Notes: generated by a model from the sequence alone, not told the origin. Positions 19,233 through 28,357 are shown, counted from the stretch's first letter. The stretch: 64,000 nt of DNA from Gemmatimonadales bacterium (GCA_051955835.1 JBQCGH010000030.1:3688-67687); one strand, 5' to 3'. A program made the numbers and translations.

Positions 19233-19581
19233 CGGATCGGCGAAGGACCCAGCGGTGGGCGCGCTGTCGGCCCGCGCGGGTCGGGTGCGGGTGGTATCTG
19301 CGGTCAGAACGAGGCTCCTTGTGCGGGACCCGGCGGAGGCGGGAAGATAATCGTCCCACGCGAGGACGGGCAGGAGGTCGCGGCGATCGTGTGTCCTCGA
19401 CGGACGCGCCAACCCGGGTTACGATCTGTCCTGGGCTCGTCCGTGGTTTCAGCCGCGAGAGTGCAGGATCCGGCACCGGCGTGCCCAGAACGGACGCCGC
19501 GAGTGCACACGCCCGTGTTGTGTCCCGCCGTGCTTCGGCGGCTCGCCGACACCCGCCCGTCCACTCAGGGAGGCATCGATC

Positions 19582-21342
19582 GTGATCGGCAGACTGCTGG
19601 GTCGCCGCGCCATCCTGTCGGATCGCGAACAGGATCTCCGCGCCCGCGAGCAGGAGCTGCTCGACCGTCTTGCCGGCGCGCTCGACCGCTTCGGTTCCGA
19701 GGTGGACGCGGACGACCTCCGGCGCTTCCGCGAGGCGCGCGAGCAGCTCGCCGGCCTCTTCCTGCTCGTGATCGCTGGCGAATTCAACTCGGGGAAATCG
19801 AGCTTCATCAACGCACTGCTCGGCGAGCGCGTGCTTCCCGAGGGGGTCACCCCGACCACGGACCGCATCAACCGGCTGCACTACGGGACGGAACCGTCGG
19901 AGCAGCCGATCGAGGCGTTCCTGCTCGATCGGACCTATCCCGCCGACGTACTGCGCGAGATTACGGTGGTCGACACCCCCGGTACCAACGCCATTATCCG
20001 ACGGCACGAGGAGCTCACCCGCGACTTCATCCCGCGGGCCGACCTGGTACTCTTCGTCACCAGCGCCGACCGACCGTTCACGGAGAGCGAGCGTGGCTTC
20101 CTGGAGCAGATCCGCCAGTGGGGCAAGAAGATCGTCTTCGTGGTGAACAAGATCGACATCCTCGGCACGGCCGAGGAGCGCTCGCAGGTGGTGGAGTTCG
20201 TGCGCCAGCACGCCACGACCCTGCTGGGCGAAACGCCCCGACTGTTCGCCGTCTCGGCGCGGGAGGCGCAGGCGGCGCGCGCGGAGGCCTCCGACACGCG
20301 CTGGGCGGCGAGCGGATTTGACGCGATGGAGACGTACCTGGTCCGGACGCTGGACCAGGAGGAACGCATTCGCCTCAAGCTGCTCAACCCGCTCAACGTC
20401 GGTCTCCGCCTCGCCGCCCGGTACAAGGACGTCGCATTCGAGCGCCTCAAGCTGCTGGCCCAGGACATCGAAACCATCCAGAACATCGACCGCCAGCTCG
20501 CGGCCTTCCACGACGAGATGGTGCGGGACGTCGAGGGACGCCTGGCGCGGCTCGACGTTCTCCTGGGCGACATGGAGCGGCGCGGTCACCGGTTCTTCGA
20601 GGAGACGCTCCGGATAGGTCGCATCCGGACTCTGATGGACAGCGAAGGGGTACGCCGCGCGTTCGAGCGCGAGGTCATCGGGGACACGCCTAGCCAGGTC
20701 GAGGCGGAGACTGGGCGGGTCATCGACTGGATCGTCGAGCGAAACCTCAAGGCCTGGCAGGACGTGAGCGGGTACATCGAGCGGCGTCAGATCGATCGGC
20801 ACCGCGAAGGCATGGTGGGCGATGTCGGCGGCAGCTTCACCTACAATCGGCAGGCGCTGCTCGACTACATCGGGCGGGTGGCGTGCGAAGTGGTCGGGAG
20901 CTACGACCGGGAGGCGGAGGCGCGGGCCATCGCTAACGACGTGCAGGGGACGTTTGCGACGACGGCGCTGGCGGGGGCCGGCGCGCTGGGCCTCGGGACC
21001 CTGGTCGTCACTGTCCTGACCGGAGCGGTCGCGGACGTGACCGGACTGCTGCTCGCGACTGCGCTCGCCGTGAGTGGGTTTTACGTCATCCCGCGCAAGC
21101 GGCGGCTGGCGCAAAAGGACTTCGCCAGCCGCGTCGCCCAACTGCGGCTCAGGCTCCGGGAAGGGCTCACTCGGCAGGTGCACCTCGAGATCGGTCAGTC
21201 GGCCGATCGGATCAACCAGGCCATCGGCCCGTACCGCCGATTCGTCCAGAGCACCCAGCAGGAGCTCACCGACGCGCGTGGCGCGCTGGTGGCGGCCGAG
21301 GACTCGTTGATCAGGTTGCGCACGGAAATCGAGAAGACCTGA
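19582..21342 (+). CDS. bacterial dynamin-like GTPase
   Basis: 586-aa ORF with GTG start preceded by GGGAGG. P-loop is IAGEFNSGKSSFINALLG, G3 is VVDTPGTN and G4 is VVNKIDIL. The C-terminal half is long and helical, with a hydrophobic paddle-like segment ALAGAGALGLGTLVVTVLTGAV. Confidence 0.85.
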   Translation: MIGRLLGRRAILSDREQDLRAREQELLDRLAGALDRFGSEVDADDLRRFREAREQLAGLFLLVIAGEFNSGKSSFINALLGERVLPEGVTPTTDRINRLHYGTEPSEQPIEAFLLDRTYPADVLREITVVDTPGTNAIIRRHEELTRDFIPRADLVLFVTSADRPFTESERGFLEQIRQWGKKIVFVVNKIDILGTAEERSQVVEFVRQHATTLLGETPRLFAVSAREAQAARAEASDTRWAASGFDAMETYLVRTLDQEERIRLKLLNPLNVGLRLAARYKDVAFERLKLLAQDIETIQNIDRQLAAFHDEMVRDVEGRLARLDVLLGDMERRGHRFFEETLRIGRIRTLMDSEGVRRAFEREVIGDTPSQVEAETGRVIDWIVERNLKAWQDVSGYIERRQIDRHREGMVGDVGGSFTYNRQALLDYIGRVACEVVGSYDREAEARAIANDVQGTFATTALAGAGALGLGTLVVTVLTGAVADVTGLLLATALAVSGFYVIPRKRRLAQKDFASRVAQLRLRLREGLTRQVHLEIGQSADRINQAIGPYRRFVQSTQQELTDARGALVAAEDSLIRLRTEIEKT

Positions 21343-21422
21343 GCCCGGTGCGCCCTGCCCGGCCGGGGCAGGGCGCCCAGATTTGGGCCGGATCGAACCG
21401 CCGATCGCGGAGGGGGCCGCGG

Positions 21423-22055
21423 ATGGACGACGAATCAGAGCTCGAAGGCGGCAGCGGACGCTGGGAGCGGGCGCGGCGGGCACGGGGCGGACGCCCGTGG
21501 CTGGGCCCGTTCCTAGTGATCGTCGTCGTGCCGATTCTGATCGGCGCCGCGGTCGTCCTCATCGCCGGCCGGGGTGTGGCCTTCGAAGCGATTCGGCGGC
21601 TCACGGCCCACAAGTTTCCTGACGCCCAGTGGATCAGCACGGCGGACCTGGGCCGCTGGCGCGAGGATCCCGGACGGACCCAGCCGCTCGTGGTCGATGC
21701 CCGGACCATGCCGGAGTATCTGGTGAGTCACCTGAAGGACGCGGTGCGGATCGACGCGGGGCGCCCCAGCCTGCATCCGCTCCGTGGCCGCGCCAAGAAC
21801 GATCCGATCGTGGTCTATGCCTCGGTGGGGTACCGCAGCGCCAGGCTGGCCCACTGGCTGGCAGGACAAGGCTTCACCAACGTCCGTAACCTCGCGGGGG
21901 GCATCTTCGAGTGGGCCAACGAGGACCGGCCGATCTTCCGGGACGGCCGGCCCACGACGGAGGTGCACCCCTACGACCGCCGGTGGGGCCTTCTCCTCGA
22001 CCGCCGCTGCCGGGCTCCCGTGCCCGATGTCGAGACCCCGTTCGCGGCTCCTTGA
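21423..22055 (+). CDS. membrane-anchored rhodanese-homology domain protein (active-site Cys apparently replaced by Ala)
   Basis: ORF 21348..22055; ATG 21423 is preceded by GGAGGGGG. TM helix is WLGPFLVIVVVPILIGAAVVLIA. The rhodanese fold has the loop VVYASVGYRSARLA where related proteins carry C-x-x-G-x-R-S. Confidence 0.75.
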   Translation: MDDESELEGGSGRWERARRARGGRPWLGPFLVIVVVPILIGAAVVLIAGRGVAFEAIRRLTAHKFPDAQWISTADLGRWREDPGRTQPLVVDARTMPEYLVSHLKDAVRIDAGRPSLHPLRGRAKNDPIVVYASVGYRSARLAHWLAGQGFTNVRNLAGGIFEWANEDRPIFRDGRPTTEVHPYDRRWGLLLDRRCRAPVPDVETPFAAP

Positions 22056-22061
22056 AGCGGG

Positions 22062-22592
22062 TCAGCTGATCGAGGGTGCCGGCGAATCATCCTCGTCATC
22101 GTCGTCGGCGTCACCGCTTTGGTTCCAGATATCCGCAGTCACCTTCCACGACCCGTCCCGCTGTCGCTTGAGGCACATGACGTACTTGCCGGAATCCGCC
22201 GGCTCGTCATCGGTAGCCGGCAAGTGGTACCGGCCTACCAGGTATCCCAGGTTGCCATCCACCTCGACGTCCAGGTTGGTGACCTCCAGTCCCTCGTCCG
22301 TACCCTGTTCCCAGAACGCGCCGATGGCCGCCCGCCCCTTGATCGGCTCGTGGTCGGGTGGGAGAAGCATGGCGTCCTCCGCGTAGAGTGACGCAAGGGT
22401 CGCGGCGTCACCCTGGTTGGAGGCGCTCACATAGCGTCGGATCGTGGTTTCGATGGCCTGCCTGGAGGCCCGGTCCCCCGGATTGGTAGCCGTTGGTGCC
22501 GGGTGGGGGCCACACCCGACGAGGACCGATACGAGCCCCCCGATGACCGCTCCGGCTGTCGTTTTGGCGCTAATCTTGCTAGATTTCCACAC
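22062..22592 (-). CDS. SnoaL-like/DUF4440 (NTF2-fold) lipoprotein with acidic C-terminal tail
   Basis: ORF 22062..22664. GTG 22592 gives the signal peptide VWKSSKISAKTTAGAVIGGLVSVLVGC (lipobox); ATG 22625 is the alternative. NTF2-like core: IRRYVSASNQGDAATLASLYAEDAMLLPP...KGRAAIGAFW...KVTADIWN. The tail is GDADDDDEDD. Confidence 0.7.
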   Translation of the reverse strand: MWKSSKISAKTTAGAVIGGLVSVLVGCGPHPAPTATNPGDRASRQAIETTIRRYVSASNQGDAATLASLYAEDAMLLPPDHEPIKGRAAIGAFWEQGTDEGLEVTNLDVEVDGNLGYLVGRYHLPATDDEPADSGKYVMCLKRQRDGSWKVTADIWNQSGDADDDDEDDSPAPSIS

Positions 22593-22717
22593 TGTCCATC
22601 GCAGGTCTGCCTGGCAGGCCTCCATGTTCACCCTCAACTTGGATCTTTGTGGCACGCAGATCACGCAATCGAAGCGCGGTTTCCACCCCTAGTTTCCGCC
22701 GGTCACCTGGCCGCTCC

Positions 22718-23035
22718 ATGCAGTCCCACCGCGATTGGCTTCTCGAGCTTCACGGTTCGGTGTGCGCCTATTGCGGTACCGAGACATCGCCCGAAACCAT
22801 CACGCTGGACCATGTTCGGCCCCGCCGTGGGCAGACCGCCTACGACCGCCCGGACAATCTGGTCCTGGCCTGCAGGGAGTGCAACGCAGCCAAGGCTGAC
22901 ACACCGCTCGTTGCATTTCTCATGCAGAAGCGCTCGCGCGGGGTGTATCTCCTGCACTATGGCGACCACCTGTCCGACCCGCTCAGGCAGCTGGCCCGAC
23001 AGGCATCGGAACGACCCATCCTGCCAAAAGACTGA
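22718..23035 (+). CDS. small stand-alone HNH endonuclease
   Basis: ATG 22718 within ORF 22649..23035 (105 aa). Motif: CAYCG...TLDHVRPRRGQTAYDRPDNLVLACRECNAAK, i.e. an HNH core with a Cys4-type zinc knuckle. Confidence 0.8.
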   Translation: MQSHRDWLLELHGSVCAYCGTETSPETITLDHVRPRRGQTAYDRPDNLVLACRECNAAKADTPLVAFLMQKRSRGVYLLHYGDHLSDPLRQLARQASERPILPKD

Positions 23036-23061
23036 CACCGGCGAAGGGGTAGGGAAATGCC

Positions 23062-23098
23062 GGGGGGCGGCCGTTCGCGGCCGCCCCCTCTTGCGTTC
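23062..23098 (+). terminator. intrinsic terminator after the HNH gene (GC stem with UUCG tetraloop)
   Basis: GGGGGCGGCCG - TTCG - CGGCCGCCCCC forms an 11-bp perfect GC stem (23063-23073 pairs with 23078-23088). It is followed by TCTTGCGTT. Confidence 0.7.
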
Positions 23099-23182
23099 CC
23101 GGTCACAGACGCCGACCCCCCCGGCCGCCCATCGTGCATTCGCAGGACGGACCTCTGCCGGCCCCGACCCAGGAGATGCACC

Positions 23183-23701
23183 ATGCGAATCCGACGCTCC
23201 GCCTCCGACCGCCACACCATCGGCCGTGACTTGATCAAGGGAGCGATCGCCGGTGCGGTCGCTACCTGGGTCATGGGGAAGGTGACCACCGGACTCTACG
23301 AGCGTGAGGAGCGAGGCGTACGGCGCCGAGAGGATTCGGCTCGTCATGGCCGGACGGCGTATGGCGCCGCGGCGGAGAAGGCCGCGAACGCCGTCAGCCT
23401 GCCCTTGGGAGACGAGGAGCGCGAGCGCTATGGGGGCGCCATTCATTGGGCGCTCGGGATCGGCTCCGGGGCGGTGTACGCGGTGGTTCGGCGGCGGCTC
23501 TCGTGGATCGGCCGATTGTCGGGGGTCGGATTCGGCACCGCCTTCTGGGCGGCGGTAGACGAGGGGCTGGTCCCGGCCCTGGGGCTGACCCCTGGCCCCG
23601 GCGCCTTTCCGTGGCAGACGCACGCCCGTGGGCTCGCCGGTCATCTCACGTTCGGGACGGTCACTGACGGGACGCTGCGCCTGCTCGACGCGGTAGCGTA
23701 G
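23183..23701 (+). CDS. DUF1440-like small membrane protein
   Basis: ATG 23183 within ORF 23057..23701, preceded by AGGAG with a 7-nt spacer. Gly/Ala-rich helices: LIKGAIAGAVATWVMGKV, IHWALGIGSGAVYAVV, GVGFGTAFWAAVDEG. The family call is from memory and tentative. Confidence 0.6.
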   Translation: MRIRRSASDRHTIGRDLIKGAIAGAVATWVMGKVTTGLYEREERGVRRREDSARHGRTAYGAAAEKAANAVSLPLGDEERERYGGAIHWALGIGSGAVYAVVRRRLSWIGRLSGVGFGTAFWAAVDEGLVPALGLTPGPGAFPWQTHARGLAGHLTFGTVTDGTLRLLDAVA

Positions 23702-23710
23702 CAGCCATAC

Positions 23711-23766
23711 CCGGAGCAAAGCGAAGGGGGCATGCCCGAACGCATGCCCCCTTCGCCTTGCTCCGG
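23711..23766. terminator. 25-bp stem-loop between convergent genes (possible bidirectional terminator or mRNA-stabilising hairpin)
   Basis: CCGGAGCAAAGCGAAGGGGGCATGC, then loop CCGAAC, then GCATGCCCCCTTCGCCTTGCTCCGG. There is one A-C mismatch in 25 bp. No flanking T-tract. Confidence 0.55.
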
Positions 23767-23784
23767 GCGCTCGACGAAGGTCCA

Positions 23785-26700
23785 TCAACCCTTGCTTTCT
23801 CCGGCCGCCACCGTCCTTGGCAGTGACGGCTGCGCCTCCGGCGCCTCGATTGCCTCGCGGATGATGCGGCTCTGCTCGGCGAGATGCGCAGCCGGATACC
23901 CTTCGGCGGGGCTGGCCCGCTCGGGGCGGCCGACGTAGGCCACCTCCACGCCTGGCGGCGCCAGCTCGTCCAGCTTGGAGGCGAGATAGGCCCACGCGCC
24001 CATGTTCCGCGGCTCCTCCTGGGCCCACACGATCTCCTCGATTCGCGGATACCTCCCCAGGGTTTCGCGCGCCTCCGACCAGGGGAAGGAATAAAGCTGC
24101 TCCAGCCGGATGATCGCGGGCCGCCGCTCGGAGCGTTTCTCGGCCTCAGCCAACAGCTCGTAGTACAGCTTGCCGGTGCACAGCACGACGCGCGTGATCT
24201 CCGCGGGCCGCTCGGCCGCCCAGGAGTCGTCGAGCACCGGCTGCCAGCGTCCGAGGGCCAGCTCGTCCAGGTGTGACGCGGCCTGCGGCAGCCGGAGGAG
24301 ACTCTTCGGCGTCATGACCACGAGCGGCCGCTGACGGGTCCGGCGTGCCTGCCGCCGCAGCAGATGGTAGTACTGGGCCGGCGTCGTCGGGTTGGCGACC
24401 CGGATATTTCCCTCGGCCGCGAGCTGGAGGAACCGCTCCAGACGAGCGCTCGAGTGCTCCGGGCCCTGGCCCTCGTAGCCGTGGGGCAGGAGTAGTGTGA
24501 GCCGGGTGGTCAGGCCCCACTTCGAGAGCCCGGCGCTGAGGAACTGGTCCACGATGACCTGAGCGCCGTTGATGAAGTCGCCGAACTGCGCTTCCCACAG
24601 CACGAGCGCCTCGGGAGCCGCGGCGCTGTAGCCGTACTCGAAGCCGAGCGTGGCCAGCTCGCTCAGCGGGCTGTTGTGCAACTCGAGCGGAGCCAGCGCG
24701 CCGGGCAGCCGCTGGATCGGCGCGAGTGGCTGCCCGGTGCGCACGTCATGCAGCACCAGGTGCCGCTGACTGAACGTGCCGCGCTCCGTGTCTTGCCCCG
24801 TGAGCCGGACGGGGACCCCTTCGGTGAGCAGCGAGGCCAAGGCGAGCGCTTCCGCATGGGCCCAATCGATTCCGCCTTCGTGGCCCATCGCGGCGCGCCG
24901 GCGCTCGAGCTGCTTCCGGAGCTTCGGGTGCACCGTGAAGCCTTCCGGCCAGGAGAGGAGCTGGTCGTTGAGTGCGACGAGGAAATCCGGCGCGAGCGCG
25001 GTCTCCACCTCGACCCCGGCGCCCGACAACTTGTGGGTCGGCTCGGTCGGGCCGGCGCGATTGGCCTTGAAGCCCTGCTGTACCTCCACCAGACGCTGGT
25101 AGGCCTCGGACGCCTGCCGATCGGCCTCGTCCTGCGTCATGACGCCGGCCGCCACCAACGCCCGCGCATACAGCTCGCGCGCGGTCGGATGGCTCTTGAT
25201 GCGGTCGTACATGAGCGGTTGGGTGTACGCCGGCTCATCGCCCTCGTTGTGGCCGTGGCGCCGGTATCCGACGAGATCGATGAGCACATCCTGATTGAAC
25301 CGCTCGCGATACGCCATCGCGAGGCGGACGGCACTGAGACAGGCTTCGGCATCGTCCGCGTTCACGTGGATGATGGGGATGTCGAAGCCCTTGGCCAGGT
25401 CGGAGGCGTAGCGGGTCGAGCGCGCGTCTTCCATGTCGGTGGTGAAGCCGACTTGGTTGTTGGTGATGACGTGGAGCGTGCCGCCGGTGCGGTACCCCTT
25501 GAGCGCGCCCAGGTTGAGCGTTTCGGCGACCACGCCCTGGCCGGCGAACGCGGCGTCGCCGTGGATGATGACCGGGAGCGCGGCCGTCGGGTCGTGGTGC
25601 GCTTCCCGCCCGCGCCGCTGGGTCTGCTTCGCGCGCGCCCGGCCATCCACCACCGGCCCCACGAACTCGAGATGACTCGGGTTCGGAGAGAGCATGACGG
25701 TGACGACCTTGCCCCCGTGACTCTTGTAGGCGCCTTCCGCGCCGTGGTGATACTTCACGTCGCCGGTGCCACCCTCGGGACTGAGCTGTCCACCCTCGAC
25801 GTTCCGGCCGCCTTCGAACTCGGCGAAAATCGTCTCGTACGGCCGTCCGACGGTGTGCGCCAGCACGTTGAGCCGCCCGCGGTGCGCCATGCCGATCACC
25901 ACGTCGCGCGCGCCCTCATCGGCCGCGAGGCCGATCGTGAGATCCAGCATGGGGACCAGGAGATCCACGCCCTCGATCGAGAATCGCTTCTGGCCGAGAT
26001 AGGCCTTGTGGAGGAACTTCTCCAGAGTCTCGACCTCGGTCAGCCGCTGGAGCAGCCACCGCTGCTGCTCGGTCCCCATCGGTTGGCGGTAGGCGCCGCT
26101 TTCGATCTTCTCCCGGAGCCAGACCCGCTCCTCGTGGGTGGCGATGTGCTCGATCTCGTAGGCCATCGTGCCGCAGTAGGTGGCTTGGAGATACGGGAGG
26201 GACTCGGCCAGCGTCCGGCCCGGCACCGCGATGCGGAGCACCTTGGACGGGATGGCCGCCATCACCTCGGGCGTCAGTCCCAGCGGGCCGGGATCGAGGG
26301 CGGGGTCGCCGATAGGGGGTGTGCCGAGCGGGTCGAGGTGCGCGGCGAGGTGGCCATGCATCCGGAATGCCTTCACCAGCGCCATCGCCGCGGCGACATG
26401 GTACAGCATCTCGGGCGCAACCGGTCCGGCCGCCTCGCGGCCAGGCTGTGCCGCGGGGGTCGGCCGCGAGATCTGGTAGCCCGCTTCGCCCAGGCCGAGG
26501 CTTTCCGCGACGAGATCGTAGAACCCCTCGTCGCCCTGGAGCAGGCGATCGAGCGTGGCGAGAAACGCGCCCGATTCTGCGCCCTGGATGACGCGGTGGT
26601 CGTACGTGCTCGTCACGGTCATGACCTTGCTGATCCCGAACTCCCGGAGACGCTCTTCCGGCACGGCGGAGAACTCAGCGGGATATCCGATGGCGCCGAC

Positions 26701-27495
26701 GGCGATGATACTGCCCTGACCGGCCATGAGCCGCGGGACGGACGCAACCGTGCCCAGGCCGCCCGGGTTGGTGAGCGACATGGTGGCGCCGGCGAAGTCG
26801 TCGGGCATGAGCCGGTTGCTGCGCGCCTTCTCGACCAGCGCCTCGTAGGCTGCATGGAACGCGGCGAAATCCATGGTGTCGGCGCGCTTGATCACGGGCA
26901 CGACCAGCCCGCGGCTCCCGTCCTTCCGCTGGACGTCCACGGCGAGGCCGAGCGCGATGCCCTCGGGCGTCACCCGGTGCGGCACGCCCTCGTGCATCAT
27001 GAGGGTGTGGCCCATCACCGAATGCTGTTTCGTGGCCTGCACGAGCGCGAACGCGATCAGGTGGGTGAACGAGACCTTGTTCGACTTCCCGGCCGCCGCG
27101 AGCCCCGCATTGAAGGCACGCCGCCGGTCCTCCAGAACCGCGACGGGAAGCACCCGGAAGGTCGTGGCGGTGGGCACCGTGAGGCTCTCGTCCATGTTCG
27201 CGACCAGCTTCGCGGCCGGCCCCTTGATGGGCGAGGCGCCGGCCGGAACCGTCGTCGAAGCCGGACGCGCCGGTGCCGCGGCCGGGGCGACGGCGGGGCG
27301 CGGCTCAACCGCCGGCCGCGGGGTCGATGACGAGGTACCGTTGCCTTCCGGACGCACACCGACGATCCCGCTCTCGAACAGCCGGCGCCACTCGGGCCCG
27401 ACCGCCGCGGGATCCCGCAGGAATTCCTCGTACATCGCCTGGGCGAATCCGGCGTTGGCGGTCTCGAACACGTTGAAGTCCACGACGTTCACCAT
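23785..27495 (-). CDS. kgd: Kgd/OdhA-type multifunctional 2-oxoglutarate dehydrogenase (E2-like acyltransferase domain fused to E1o)
   Basis: ORF 23785..27510 with ATG 27495 (1236 aa). It starts with an SucA N-terminal motif (FETANAGFAQAMYEEFLRDPAAV) and a Pro/Ala linker. An acyltransferase catalytic domain follows (SFTHLIAFALV, LTNPGGLGT, TSTYDHRVIQGAESGAFL). The E1o TPP enzyme comes last (RFSIEGVD, GMAHRGRLNVL, HGDAAFAGQGVV, LLLPHGYEGQGPEHSS). No lipoyl domain is seen. Confidence 0.92.
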   Translation of the reverse strand: MVNVVDFNVFETANAGFAQAMYEEFLRDPAAVGPEWRRLFESGIVGVRPEGNGTSSSTPRPAVEPRPAVAPAAAPARPASTTVPAGASPIKGPAAKLVANMDESLTVPTATTFRVLPVAVLEDRRRAFNAGLAAAGKSNKVSFTHLIAFALVQATKQHSVMGHTLMMHEGVPHRVTPEGIALGLAVDVQRKDGSRGLVVPVIKRADTMDFAAFHAAYEALVEKARSNRLMPDDFAGATMSLTNPGGLGTVASVPRLMAGQGSIIAVGAIGYPAEFSAVPEERLREFGISKVMTVTSTYDHRVIQGAESGAFLATLDRLLQGDEGFYDLVAESLGLGEAGYQISRPTPAAQPGREAAGPVAPEMLYHVAAAMALVKAFRMHGHLAAHLDPLGTPPIGDPALDPGPLGLTPEVMAAIPSKVLRIAVPGRTLAESLPYLQATYCGTMAYEIEHIATHEERVWLREKIESGAYRQPMGTEQQRWLLQRLTEVETLEKFLHKAYLGQKRFSIEGVDLLVPMLDLTIGLAADEGARDVVIGMAHRGRLNVLAHTVGRPYETIFAEFEGGRNVEGGQLSPEGGTGDVKYHHGAEGAYKSHGGKVVTVMLSPNPSHLEFVGPVVDGRARAKQTQRRGREAHHDPTAALPVIIHGDAAFAGQGVVAETLNLGALKGYRTGGTLHVITNNQVGFTTDMEDARSTRYASDLAKGFDIPIIHVNADDAEACLSAVRLAMAYRERFNQDVLIDLVGYRRHGHNEGDEPAYTQPLMYDRIKSHPTARELYARALVAAGVMTQDEADRQASEAYQRLVEVQQGFKANRAGPTEPTHKLSGAGVEVETALAPDFLVALNDQLLSWPEGFTVHPKLRKQLERRRAAMGHEGGIDWAHAEALALASLLTEGVPVRLTGQDTERGTFSQRHLVLHDVRTGQPLAPIQRLPGALAPLELHNSPLSELATLGFEYGYSAAAPEALVLWEAQFGDFINGAQVIVDQFLSAGLSKWGLTTRLTLLLPHGYEGQGPEHSSARLERFLQLAAEGNIRVANPTTPAQYYHLLRRQARRTRQRPLVVMTPKSLLRLPQAASHLDELALGRWQPVLDDSWAAERPAEITRVVLCTGKLYYELLAEAEKRSERRPAIIRLEQLYSFPWSEARETLGRYPRIEEIVWAQEEPRNMGAWAYLASKLDELAPPGVEVAYVGRPERASPAEGYPAAHLAEQSRIIREAIEAPEAQPSLPRTVAAGESKG

Positions 27496-27643
27496 CCCGG
27501 CTGGGAGCACACGACAGGGGCCGCCGGCGCGCCGACGACCCTGAAAGGAGGATGCCCGGAAGATAACAGTCCGGCACCGACCGGGCAGGACGACCGAGGC
27601 TCAGCGTCCATGCGACGGCTGTCCCGACGTCCCCTGCTGATCC

Positions 27644-28357
27644 ATGCGACTGGCGCGGCCGTGCGTGATCGGACCAATGGTGCTCGCTTCGCTGCTATCA
27701 GGGTGCGGCGGCGGCGACCGCACCGCCCCTGACCCGGGCGAGCTGGCGATCGCAAAGGCCGAGCAGGAAAGCGGAGACACTCAGGTAGGGGTGGCCGGAA
27801 CCACGCTGGCCCACGAGCTTCGCGTGGTGGTCACCCGGGGCGGGGTGCCAGCGGCGGGGGTTTTCGTCGTGTGGCAGACGATCGAGGGAAGCCTCGCTCC
27901 GGCGTCCCCGGTCACGGACGCGGACGGCATCAGCCGCGCGCGATGGGCGCTCCAGCCGTTGTTCGCCCAGCAGATCGCGAGAGCCTCGCTCGACTCCGCG
28001 GGTCCCGCCTCGGTCACCTTCACTGCGATTGCCACCCCGGACCCGCATGCCTGGAATACGGTGCTCGTCGGCGCCGGCGGCAACCGGTTCGAGCCGGCCG
28101 ACCTCACGATCGCCGCGGGCGAGACGGTGAATTGGCTCTGGGCGGAAGGCAGCTCCGGCCACAACGTGCTCCCGGACGATGGCGGGACCCCGCCGCCCTC
28201 GGGGCCGCCGGTGGACTACCCGCGCTATCACAGCTTCACATTCGAGACGCCGGGGGTCTATCGCTACCACTGCGTGACCCACGGAGCGGTCGGGGCTGTC
28301 GGCATGTCGGGTACGATCACGGTCCTGCAGACTTGCGGCGACTCCTGCAGCAGGTAG
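27644..28357 (+). CDS. lipoprotein: Ig-like domain + type-1 copper (cupredoxin) domain
   Basis: 237-aa ORF with lipobox LLSGC. The Ig-like segment is SGDTQVGVAGTTLAHELRVVVTRGGVPAAG...TDADGISRARW. Putative cupredoxin ligands are GHNV ... YHCVTHGAVGAVGMSG (C-x2-H-x7-M). Confidence 0.75.
   Translation: MRLARPCVIGPMVLASLLSGCGGGDRTAPDPGELAIAKAEQESGDTQVGVAGTTLAHELRVVVTRGGVPAAGVFVVWQTIEGSLAPASPVTDADGISRARWALQPLFAQQIARASLDSAGPASVTFTAIATPDPHAWNTVLVGAGGNRFEPADLTIAAGETVNWLWAEGSSGHNVLPDDGGTPPPSGPPVDYPRYHSFTFETPGVYRYHCVTHGAVGAVGMSGTITVLQTCGDSCSR

Noticed and set aside
17232-19412. TTG 19412 as the transketolase start (726 aa).
   Set aside because: The extra 60 residues are Arg/Thr/Pro-rich and unlike any Tkt N-terminus. 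In-frame GTG 19232 reproduces the E. coli-like spacing before the [13 protein letters not shown]...SGHPG motif.
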